A stretch of 64,000 bases of DNA from Convolutriloba macropyga (taxonomy: Eukaryota), in the NCBI RefSeq assembly GCF_964194025.1, contig NC_134474.1, positions 20,026,001 to 20,090,000 on the forward strand, written 5' to 3'. Both the position numbers and the translations under genes were made by a program. The notes below the pieces were generated by a model. That model ran no database searches. It saw nothing but the letters and a program-made list of their open reading frames with translations, and was not told the origin of the DNA. Below, in pieces: positions 47,701-58,900 of this stretch (within the stretch, counting starts at the first letter, position 1; every line of letters begins with the position of its first letter).

Positions 47701-49259
47701 TGAAAAAACAAAAACGGTATCTTAATCGTTTTCACAAAGAGATTTTCTTACAATTGCTGCTTTTTCAATAACTGTTATGAAAAAAAAACTTTGTTAATCA
47801 AAAAATTACATTATTAATGCAATCTGTTGGATATAATTTTCTCTTCAATTTAATATTTGTAACCAAGACGAAAAAAACTTTCACAGCTTCCTCCTTCTTG
47901 CCTTATTTTTTTTGTGCTTTTATTTGAGGATAGTCACGGAGATTATAATAATCAATTGGATCATCCACCGTTAACCATGTTTTGGTAGGAGCAGTTACTA
48001 TTGGCCGTACAGAAAAGTTACGCAAAAAGTCTCTAAATGAACACATCTTAAAGATCTTTTGCTTAGGTTAAAAAATGTTTTTTTTTGAAATGTCTATTTT
48101 TTTATTCGCTTTTACTTTTTCGCTTATAAAGAAGATTCGTTTTGATCAGTTACTGGCAGTTTTTGCTCTATTTCGTTGTCAACACATGCAGATGGATAAG
48201 AATCAAGGAATATCCAATCCCTCGGCAATAAGCTGCTGAATGTTCTCTAGCTAACCCGCTGCGTCTTTTTTCGGGTTGGCATTTGAGTGAAATGGCTGTT
48301 TTTGCATTGCATTACTGTTAACTAAACTATTTTGGTTTCTTCAAACACAATACATTTTTTCGCTTGGAATTGGTTTTCATTTTTTTGGAACTGTAATTAA
48401 GGATATCGCTGATCTGTTTTTTTGTGATCAAATTGATGTTACAGTGAGTTATTCTTCATATTAGATTGAAATTTTTAGCATTTTTTTCAAAACTAATTGG
48501 AACTAATAATTCAAATTAAAATTAGAAAATCGAGGGAATTCAATTGGACGGGAACAGTGGAAAGATGAATAAGAAACTAATTTTGTGCGTCGAATGTTTT
48601 AGAAACGGTTACTGGCACTATACCTCAAGGAATGTTTTTGGAGTGCGGGGGGAGGCATTTAGTTATTTATAATAAAAGTTCAGTCTGCTTTTGAAAATAT
48701 GACAAAAAATGTTTTGATCGACAATTTTTGATTTTGACAGCTGCCGTCGTCTTATCTCTAGTTTTAAATCTCTTTTAGACTGTTATTGGCCCTGATTTCT
48801 CCCTATGGTCATAATAATTGCAACCGAAAGATTGTTGCAACTCTCTTTGTTATAAAACTGATGTGTCTGCTTTTATAAAACATGCCTCAAACGGTCCTGC
48901 AAAAAGTCCTCAAACTCAAAATAAATGAGTTTTTACAACTGCCATTTTAAGACTGTTGTTCACCTGGGAGCTTACCACAACACTTATAGCAATTTTCAAT
49001 TTGAGGAAAAATGCTTCAACATATTTTTTTCTACATGGATTGTCACATGGGTTGAGTGGAACCAGTGGCAAGACCGGCTCAGTGGATAAAGATTTGTTTG
49101 AAAATGCAGGAAGAAAATTTTTTACAAAGCGTGATTTTAAGAGGTTTGGATTTTTGTGTTGTTTTTTTACTTTTTTGTACTGTCAAACACCCTGAATGAC
49201 CTCCATGGCATCATTTTCAATGCAATGAATTTTTCGATTTGAAATAATTTAGAAGCATT

Positions 49260-50320
49260 TGTTAATGCTAGAGATTAACTTCTTACGTTTATTGTGTTTT
49301 ACCGCCTTTTGTAAGTTGATTTGTTTTCCAAAAGTTGTAACGAAAAGTCATGATGATGAAATGTTGTAAAACCGGAAATGATACTCTTACTTGAATTGTG
49401 TAATCTGAAACAAAACATGAGCAACCAAACTAATTGAAACTTAAAGCTAAGACTCAAGACAGATAACGACCTATCACCCTTCCCAATGCGGACCAGCGGA
49501 ATCATGTGTTAAACGAGCTCTTCTTTTGAACCTCGGCTCCGCAAAACTCACCCCAGATGTCTTTGCCACGATCGTCAGTGAAGCCGAGTGTCTTGTCAAC
49601 TCGCGTCCACTCACTCACGTGAGAAGCAACCACGAAGACGACAACCCACTTACACCAAACCACTTCTTGCTTGGAAGGCCCTTCTGCAATGTTCCTGGAG
49701 CCGTTTTCAACTAGACACTTACCTTGAAGTGTTCGGCGTGGACGCAGGTGAAGCAGAGACTTCAGCAGATTTGGAAGAGGCTGCTAACCGAGTATGTTCC
49801 TTCGCTGAACAAACGACAGAAGTGGACGTCTTGTGAAGCAGCTTTGGAAGTGGATGATGTTGTCTGGCTTCTTGAAGAGTTTACACCAAGAGGAATCTGG
49901 CCGCTGGGACGAGTCACACGGACTTTCACCGGCCCCGACAACATAGCTAGGTCATGCGAGGTTAAGACCGCTTTAGGCAGATTAAACAGACCAGCAGTAA
50001 AACTTATGCATGTCTACCCCAAACCCACAACCAGGTTAGGGTTAGGTTTTGTGGGCCCGGAGGATGTTAATGCTAGAGATTACCTTCTTACGTTTATTGT
50101 GTTTTACCGCCTTTTGTAAGTTGATTTGTTTTCCAAAAGTTGTAACGAAAAGTCATGATGATGAAATGTTGTAAAACCGGAAATGATACTCTTGCTTGAA
50201 TTGTGTAACCTGAAACAAAACATGAGCAACCAAACTAATTGAAACTTAAAGCTAAGACTCAAGACAGATAACGACCTATCACCCTTCCCAATGCGGACCA
50301 GCGGAATCATGGCGTTATCA
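49260..50320 (+). mobile_element. Internally deleted BEL/Pao LTR retrotransposon (1061 bp) with 5-bp TSD GCATT
   Basis: The 5' LTR is 49260-49506 (last 9 nt lost) and the 3' LTR is 50065-50320 (TGTTAA...TTATCA), with 3 mismatches seen. GCATT occurs at 49255-49259 and 50321-50325. The internal part reads [23 protein letters not shown] and WKRLLTEYVPSL..R.KW..W.LGRV..GPD...R..EVKT..RPAVKL, the BEL integrase C-terminus (DUF5641-type). A PPT-like GGGCCCGGAGGA precedes the 3' LTR. Confidence 0.93.
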
Positions 50321-52170
50321 GCATTTTTGATTAAAATGATGGTGCTCTGAAAATTTGAAGAGACGAAACATAATTTTGGGAGGTTTTTGTTTTCTTTTTG
50401 TCTAGTTCACAATCGATGGACCTGGAAACAGCATTGTGCGTAATGAAATAGCTCACTCATGTTCGCAACAATCATATAATAACAACTTTTGGACTTCCTT
50501 AGAATACATGGCAATATTTGATCTCAAGAAACGTTTTCTTTGGACTCTTATGAAGTGATCTTGTGAAATCCCAGTGGCCCCGACTGATCCCACTGGCAAG
50601 AGTGAGATTAACAAAACTGCGTTTTGTAGTGAAATATCTTCCAAAAGCAATTGGAGTTCGTCCAGAGAACAGTATTGCATACGAGTACTTAGGAGAGAAA
50701 TATTTTAAATTGAATTTTTTTCGGCTTTACTTTTTTGAAGTTGTGTTTGTGTTGAAGTATGCAGATGCACAAATACGCAACTAAGTATCATATGATTCAA
50801 AAAAATTACTCCAATAAACAATGTGTCGTAGCGCATTTATCTATAAACAGAATCATCTAAAAAATTTAAGCTTCAATTGTTTTTTTTGCAATTAAACAGT
50901 TTACTTGTGAAGCAAAAGTTTAGCTGCAGAAACCTAGCACTTTCTCCAAAGACACCGAGTAAAATAAGTTTTAGACACTCTCGCATTAGTTTTTGTTGCA
51001 GTCAAATACTCAGTTTTCCGATAAGCTTGTAAAAAACGTGAAGAAAAATCATGAGCAAAAAAGTTGTACAACTTAAATTGTTTCAAAAATATGTGTGGTG
51101 TTTTATATCCCGGCAGCAAAACAAACTGCTTAATTGCCAGAAAAATGGAAAGTTATCCGAGTGCAAATTGAAGCAAGAAATCTTTGGATGGTAGCTCATC
51201 CCAATTTTTGTTCTCACATTTTTTGTTTCTGAATAAAGCTTTGAAAAAGTTTAAAACGGATTTAAAATAATTTTCTAAGAGTTTTTTAAGTAAATGGGCG
51301 CAAAAACACAAAATATTTTTTTGTTTTTATATACCTCCAGCTCATGAGTACAGCACAGGCAGGTCGTTGTTCTAGTACGTTTCTTCTGAGACCGAAAATC
51401 TCCGAGAAATTAATTTTGGTTCAAAAATTTCAAATGAAGAAAATGATGGTGGCGCGGTTTCATACGCCAACTATGAAAAACACAGTTTTTAGAACTGAAA
51501 ACTTTCGCAAAAATTCCGACGTCTAGAATTTAGGGAACAGTCGGCCATAATTTTGAGGCCATAGTTTGTAGGCTTCCTCGAGGGCTTAGAAATCCAGGTT
51601 TTTGCATGTAATTTTCATGTCAAAAACCTAATACTTCATTACATTTAAGATTTTTAAAGTTCATTTTTAAATTTTGTTTCTGTTGGATGTGCATTCTTGG
51701 CAGCCAACTTGCTATGAACAGTGCTAATTTTTAGGCTATTTTCAGGACTAAAAGTTCCAAACATTGTCTGAAGTCCCCTGATTTTGCTAATAGCAAGAGA
51801 TGCAAAAAGTAAACGTATCTACAAAGTTCCTTTGAAATAAACTGGATCAATATTCCTTTATTTGCGTAGCCACAATTTCTGGTTGTATTCAGATAGCATT
51901 ATAACTTTCCAATTAATTCGTCAAAACTTTCAAATAAAATTTTTTTGAAAAAAAAATTGGCAAGGTTTTGTTTTTTTTCTTTTTCTGGGATTTAATGGAT
52001 TTTGCAACGTCAGAAAATGTCTTTTTTGAAAAACTTAGCCAACTTGGAGCTGATCAGTGTTGATCCTTTACTCAATTACTCCTGGCCTTTTACGAATTTG
52101 GACAAATTTCTTTTCCATTTGCCGTTTTGCGGCTACAAAAAGGAAAATGAGTGGTCGCGCTGGGTTCTGG

Positions 52171-52455
52171 CTAGTAGCAGTAAGAGTAGTAGTATTAACA
52201 GTATTAGTAGTAGTAGTNNNNNNNNNNNNNNNNNNNNNNNNNNNNNNNNNNNNNNNNNNNNNNNNNNNNNNNNNNNNNNNNNNNNNNNNNNNNNNNNNNN
52301 NNNNNNNNNNNNNNNNNNNNNNNNNNNNNNNNNNNNNNNNNNNNNNNNNNNNNNNNNNNNNNNNNNNNNNNNNNNNNNNNNNNNNNNNNNNNNNNNNNNN
52401 NNNNNNNNNNNNNNNNNNNNNNNNNNNNNNNNNNNNATTAGTAGTATTAGTAGTT
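52171..52455. repeat. (AGT)n microsatellite spanning an assembly gap
   Basis: agtagt repeats lie on both sides of the N-gap at 52218-52436. Confidence 0.85.
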
Positions 52456-52464
52456 TTTTTATAT

Positions 52465-52790
52465 GTTTACGTTCAAAACCGACAAAAACCGACGTTTCTT
52501 ACGTTTAAAACAGACAAAAATTGACGCGTCATACGTTTAAACGGACGAAAACCGACGTTTCTTACGCTTAAAACAGACAAAAATCGACGCTTCTTACGTT
52601 TAAACGGACAAAATCGACGCTTGTTACGTTTAAAACCGACGAAAACCTCTGATTCTTACGTTTGAATACCGACGAAAACCGATCAAAACGACGAAAAAAA
52701 TGGAAGGGCTTTGATCGGTTTTGGCGAAGTAAAATCGACGAAATACGACGATTTCCTATGTTTGATTCCGACGAAATTCTCAACGCGGGG
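52465..52790. repeat. Minisatellite of about 32-bp units, probably the subterminal array of a CACTA/EnSpm-like element
   Basis: The unit acgtttaaaacmgacraaaaycgacgyttctt is repeated about 7 times. The region ends CTCAACGCGGG, whose reverse complement CCCGCGTTGAG resembles the CCCGGGTCGAG termini. Confidence 0.75.
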
Positions 52791-53299
52791 GAGAAAATGC
52801 CTGAAAGGAACAAACAATTGTTTTCTTTAGCTTCCGCTACGGTCCAATAAAAAATATCAATTTTGTTTATTTATAAAGATTTTTAAAAGAAAATTGTATG
52901 TTTAAAGAAGCATCAATTTTAATTTCCTTTGAGTAATTTCATGGTTTAGATGTGTTTGATCTGGTTTTCGCTCTAGTAAGATATGTTTTGGATTCTGGCA
53001 ATGTACCGGGAGATTTAAAGCAATCTAATTGAATTTCAACTGTCTGTTTATATTGAATAGTTGTCAGGGTACTGAATGTAAGCTTCACTAATCAAATATT
53101 CTAAAAAATTGTCAATTAATTTTTAACTCAAATATTTTTAATAATGCATGGAATAGCAAAATTGTGGAATGTGAATAACCTCTCAACATGTATTACATTA
53201 GGTGAAAGATAAAAAAGATTAAAAAGGGAAATGGGCTGTCCGTAGTTCGTGTTTTTCCTGTCGAAATACAACAAAATCAACAAGAGTTCAAATTATTTG

Positions 53300-55560
53300 A
53301 GAGATGCGTATTATAAGTACAATTAAAGGCAATTCCAACAAAGTACTCGAAGTTGCAAACAGATCACCTGCAAATTTGGAATTCAGTTAAAATTGATTGA
53401 AATTATGATAGAAAATTGCCAATAAATGTTTTGGGATATGGCAGCATATCTGAGTCTGATGGAAAAAGTAGCGTGCAACTGGGACTGAAAAATAAAAAAA
53501 AACAGTTTTCGTAGCTGTTCTCCATTTCAACAAGAAAACTAATATTGACTGGACTTTGATATTCTGTTTTGATATTTGCCTGTCTAGCAAATTCAGTAGC
53601 TGACAAAATTTTAGAGAAGTCTGCAAAAACATGAGGAAGTTTGGGAGAAATCACGATCCTGAAAAATGGACGTCGAGTATTGTAATCGAACAAAAAATAG
53701 GCAATGAACAGAAGCTCGCAAACATTTTGGCGAAAAATTTCAAGAAGGGTACAGAACAAAACTGAAAAAAGCAAAAAAACTTCCTTCTATACATCTAAAT
53801 GTGTCCTAAATTTTGACAGTAGTCAAATGTGTAAACCATCAAAAGTGAAAGTGAGACGAACAACAAAACTATGGGCAAAATAAGTATGAGAAAAACATCG
53901 CCTTTACCAGTAGCAAAAACAAAGTAGGATTCAAAATTGCCAAAGTCATGAGCATCATCCTCGCTAAGATGCTTGATGATGGACCGCAGAGTGAATGCGC
54001 TATAATTTAAACTATGAAAAAACCGCATATATTTCTCAAAAGATCAAAAAGTCAATACGATGCTTCAATGAAAAAAGTTTGTATAGAAGGCTTCAACTTT
54101 GGATCAGGTGCAAGTTCGACGACCTATTCATTGAAGCTAGGGCACTTGATGAGCGTCAAGGAAATTGAATAGAAAACGAAAAGTGGGTAAATTTTTATCC
54201 TCTGAAAAACTAATGGAGTCTGGTAAGATATCGAATGCTTTAACATGTGTTTCAGATGATGCAAAGGGCAGCATTCTTTGAATACCCGACAAAGTGGCTA
54301 TCAAGAGAAAAAATTGCACTGTACTTGATCTTCTACAAGAATGGCAGCCAAGTTGTCAGAAAGCTGATCCTGAATACGTCGCAACCGATCTAAGAAAGTG
54401 GAATTTGCCGAACAGTGGTATGTCATATAAACTGCCTCTCATTGCTAGGACTACTCCAAACTCAGAACTTCTAATGAAAGCAGCCAAAGGTGGCCTGAGC
54501 AAGCTTATCGCAGAAGACAGTGCAAGCAAGTATGAGAGATCTTTCTGGATGTTTGAGCCTGTACAGAGTCATAACGTTGTAGATAATGAGTTCATCGGGA
54601 CACAATCCTTCAGAAAATCTGAAAAGATAAGCAGGAACAGGCTCGAGCCAAAAACGTTGGCGCTGAAAAGTCAAGAGGCTTTCTCTGTATTTGGCTATGG
54701 AAAAAGGAGCATCATGCTGGCTAAACACACCTTCATTCATATCATTTCAATTTAACAAAGGGAAAATTTAGAGATGGAATTGCCATTAGATAGGGATGGA
54801 ATCCCGTAAAATTGCTTACAATATGCTCATGTGAAGACATTTCCAATGTAACTCATGCTCCTCATTGCCCAATAGATGGCTATACGCACATCAGACACAA
54901 TGAAATTCGCCACTCATTTATCAACTTGCTCAATGAGGTTTGCTATGAAGTCGAAATAGAGCCCTGTTTTCAGACTCTTCAAAGTGAAACCTTGGCAAAA
55001 AAGTTGACACTACTGATGACAACGTCCACTAGATATCAAAGCTAATGGCTTTGAATCACGTTTCAGCACAACATTCATTAATGAGAAACTGTTTAATCCG
55101 TATGCAAAGAATTGACCAAGAAGCATACCGGATTTGTACATATGTCATCACTCCATCAAGAGGCTGACTTGCGAGCCAAAGAGAGTCCAAGTTGAGAAAG
55201 CCACCTTCTGACCTTTGATCTTCTCATGTAAAGTAGGAGCCGGTCTGTCAGCGTCAAAAGTCATACAAAATTGGCTTCCAGAATCAACAAGAGAAAAAAT
55301 AATGGGAAAGAAGTATATTCATATTTGGACGTGCTAATGGACATTAAGACAAAAACAGGTTTTTGCATAGCGTCTTTTTTTGCGTCAGTGACACAAGCTC
55401 CATGCGCCGGCGCCCTTCAGTACAAGCGTCGATAGCAAACACTGTGGAGAAACGGAGGCTGTTGTCCTATATTATTCGATCCATTTTTTCTAATTCTGAT
55501 TCAAAATCACTACACAATATATTTTAATTTGTATTTATCATATCTCTTTTGATTATAATT
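53300..55560 (+). mobile_element. Decayed CRE-like non-LTR retrotransposon (RT C-terminus, CCHC knuckle, restriction-like endonuclease)
   Basis: Fragments ARTTPN and KGGL; knuckle CSC......HAPHC..DGYTHIRHNEIRH; EVEIEP..Q.LQSE; LDIKANGF.SRF..TF....LFNP.AK (PD-D/ExK-like); VEKATF*PLIFS..GAG. This order is typical of CRE-clade elements. The left boundary is uncertain. Confidence 0.7.
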
Positions 55561-55989
55561 CTGATACTTGACATTTTCTATTTTTAAAAATTAGTATTCA
55601 ATTTTCAATTTTTGCTGATTTTGAATCAATATTGCAATAGTTTCAGAGTAATACTTAGGACAGCACCAGATTTTCGTTTACGATGGTATCAATTTACGGT
55701 TTTTCCGAAGGGTGCCGGCCCACGGAGTTTTTCAGACCAATTAACTCTTATTGAAAATAACTCAAATTTATGTTGGATTTTTGAACAGTCGATTTGAACA
55801 ATACGAAATGCTTTATGAAAAGGTAGTGCAGGTGAGGCCCTGGACCAGCCAAAATTCACCCAGTGTCAGCGAGGGCAATTCTAATTCAGCTTTTAAACTG
55901 AAAAAAAACCTCAACAGGTGATTTGGAATTAACTGAACAATTCTTTTAGAAAGCGGTTTTTTCCGTGTCCCGTTTTCATAATTTAACAG

Positions 55990-58900
55990 CCTCTTAGGAA
56001 ATTATCCAATTTTAATTGAATTCCTGATTTCGGATTGCTTTAAATTTTGCATTCTACCTGTGAGTGTCACATGTATGTGAAAAGAGACATTTTAAAACCC
56101 TTATGTTTCAAGGTGAAAATTTTAGTTTCAAAAATAATTTATTACCTGATTGATGGCTGACACAAGTTTGATAGGAAAAAAAAGAAAGAACGTCTTAAGT
56201 CTAAAACCAAAAAAAGATAGTCTTGAGATAAATACCAAAGAATGGAAACGTCTCGAGTTCGAGAGCAGAAAATAGAAATAGATAAAAACTTGTCTTCTGC
56301 TCAAGACCAAAAAAGGGGAAATCTTGAGTTCAAAACTGAAAAAATTGAGAAACTTCAGAAGCAAGAAAGGTTTGTTTTTCAATATAACTGGCAACAAATT
56401 TGTGAATTATGTTTACTATATGCCAAAATTGTGGAAAGTTAATCAAGAGATTTTCCCGGTAGTGTATCGAGTGGAATCTTGTCTTTCGCAGACTTGGAAG
56501 TTGTTTATGCTAGAATTTCGGGTGTCCGCCAATATTTGGTCCTGAGCTCTTCAGACTGAAGTGGAACTGCGAAGCCAGTGCGCGCAATTACGATCAGAAA
56601 TTCAGTTTAAAAATTAATATATTGTCCGATTTATGGCTGACACAAGTTTGATAAGTAATAAAAAAAGGAGTCAAAACAAAAAGCAAGGTAGTCTTGAGAT
56701 CAAGACCAGAGAATCGAAACTCCTCGAGTTCAAGAACAAAAAAGAACAAAAAAGTCTGTCTTGAGTTCATGAACAAAAAATATATTGATTTCAGGACTGC
56801 AAATATTGAGAAACTTGTACTATATTCCAGAAATGTAGAAAATTGTTTCCGAGATTTTCCCGGAGTGTACCCAGGGGAATCTTTTTTTCGCAGTCTTGGA
56901 GGCCGTCTACGCTAAAACTTCTGTTGGCCTCTAATAATCGGTCCCGAGCTGTTCAGACTGAAGTGGAACTGCGAAGCCAGTGTACGCAATTGGAGAAGTT
57001 GAAGAAAACAAGCCCTATACTTCAAAAAGACCTCGTCGACCTTCAACAAAAGCTGGATAACCTTTATGACAAGTCTAAAGAGGCAGAAAAGGAAACATTG
57101 GGCAAATTGAGCGTCCGATGTGAGGCGCTACGTGATATTTTAAAGACAGCAGCAGCAGGCCGAAATGCTGGACAGGAGCAGTCCGTCCTTTTATTGAATT
57201 AATAATTAGCCAAATTAAAAGTCAATGCTGCTAAAAAGTGACAAAAACACCGAACAATTGCAAAGGCGAATGAGCATTTGGAATCAGAGCTTCAGCAGCT
57301 GGAAAACTACAACCATTACTTGACCAACGAAAGCAGACGAAAAGATACTGTCATTGATCGACAAAAGAATTTTCCCAAAAAACTAGAAAGACAAAATAAA
57401 GCCACTGAGAAATTTTTGTTCGAGATTCAAAACAAAAACAAAAACAATCGGCCCGCTATGTTATATGAGATTTTGGACAAAGTAGAAAGTTATGCTTCAG
57501 AAAATCAGATCAAGAAACACTACCACAAAACTGAGCCTGTTAACACACCCTGATGCTGGTGGAGACGAAGAATTCATAAGGACCCTAAACCGGGCATGAC
57601 AAAAATTGTCAAATAATGCGGCGTGAGAATCGTACAATATGTTTTGGCTTGACGAAGCACAGAAAGTTATGATCGATGAAAATAGATTTTTAATTTTTTC
57701 ATATGAAACTACAAACTCTTCGTTTAGTAAGACGCTCCAATAACAGACTTGAAAGAAACTATTGTGTGATTTCGGATTGCTTAAAATTTTATCTTCTACC
57801 TCTGAGTGCCACACGTTTATAACAAGACATATATTAAAAACCTTTGGTTTCACGATCAGAAAATCAGTTTAAAATTCATATTGTCATCCCATTTATGGCT
57901 GACACAGGTCTGATAGGTAATGAAAAAGATGTCCAAAACAAAAAGCTATGTAGTCTCGAGATCAGGATCAAAGAACCAACACTTCTCAAGTTGAAGAACA
58001 AAACAAAAAAATGAAAAAAAATTGTATTGAGCTTAAGATCAAAAAAAATACTGAGATCAGGACTGCAAATCATGAAAAACTTAAGAAGCAAAAACAGTTT
58101 TTTTTTCAATATAGTAAGCAACGAGGTCCCACGGTTTTGTGAATACCTGTACTATATCCCAGAAATGTAGAAAATTATTTCCGAGATTTTCCCGGAGTGT
58201 ACCCAGTGGAATCTTGTTTTTCGCGGTCTCGGAAGTTGCCTACATTAGAACTTCTTTTGGCCTCTAATATTCGGTCCCGAGCTGTTCAGACTGAAATGGA
58301 ACTGCAAAGCCAGTGCACTTAATTAGAAAATTTGAAGAATACAAACTCTCTACTTCATAAAGACCTCGTTGAGCTGCCAAAAAAGAGATAACCTGTGTGA
58401 GATGGCCTAGGAGGCAACAAAGCAAGCATTAGGCAATTTGAGCGCCAAGTGTGAGGCTCTACGAGATAATTTAAAGGCAGCATTAGCAGGCAGAAATGCT
58501 GAACAGGAGCAGTCCGTCGGTTTATTGAATTAATAATTAGCCAAAATAATATCAATGCTGCTAAAAAGGGCAAAATCACCGAGAAAAAGCAAAAGGTGAA
58601 AGAGCAATTGGAGTAAGAGCTTCAACAACTGGAAATCTACAACCCATGCTTTGCCAACAAAAGCCGACGAAACGATACTGTCATTGATCGACAAAAGAAT
58701 TTTCCTAAGAACTAGAAGGACAAAACAAAGGCCGCTGAGAAATTTCTGTTCGAGATTTGAAACAAAAACAAAGGAATCGACCTGCTACGTTTAATGAGAT
58801 TTTCTAAATAGTAAAAAATTAAGCTTCAAAAAATTAGATCAAGAAACACTACCTTATACTGAGCCGGTTAACACACCTTGATACTGGCGGAGACGAAGAA

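Noticed and set aside
48976-49179. Possible minus-strand exon (tttgacag|YKKVKK...IAISVV|gtaagc) and another open stretch at about 50498-50687
   Set aside because: The splice signals are plausible, but there is no recognisable domain or in-frame partner exon. It is not distinguishable from chance without RNA data.
50026-50046. Telomeric TTAGGG-like repeat (ggttagggttagg)
   Set aside because: There are only two units, inside the BEL pol 3' end, which is not significant.
50310-50320. TGGCG... after the BEL 3' repeat read as the PBS of a second tandem element
   Set aside because: These bases are the true end of the LTR (TTATCA), immediately followed by the GCATT TSD.
52465-52700. CRISPR-like array (about 32-bp periodicity)
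   Set aside because: The units are contiguous with no unique spacers, there are no cas genes and the context is eukaryotic. It is a minisatellite.
57460-57700. Endogenous polyomavirus large T antigen (HPDxGGDEE)
   Set aside because: The J-domain is C-terminal and ends in the cellular-type R..Y...G helix. No LxCxE, origin-binding or SF3 helicase sequence follows. A viral origin remains only a hypothesis.
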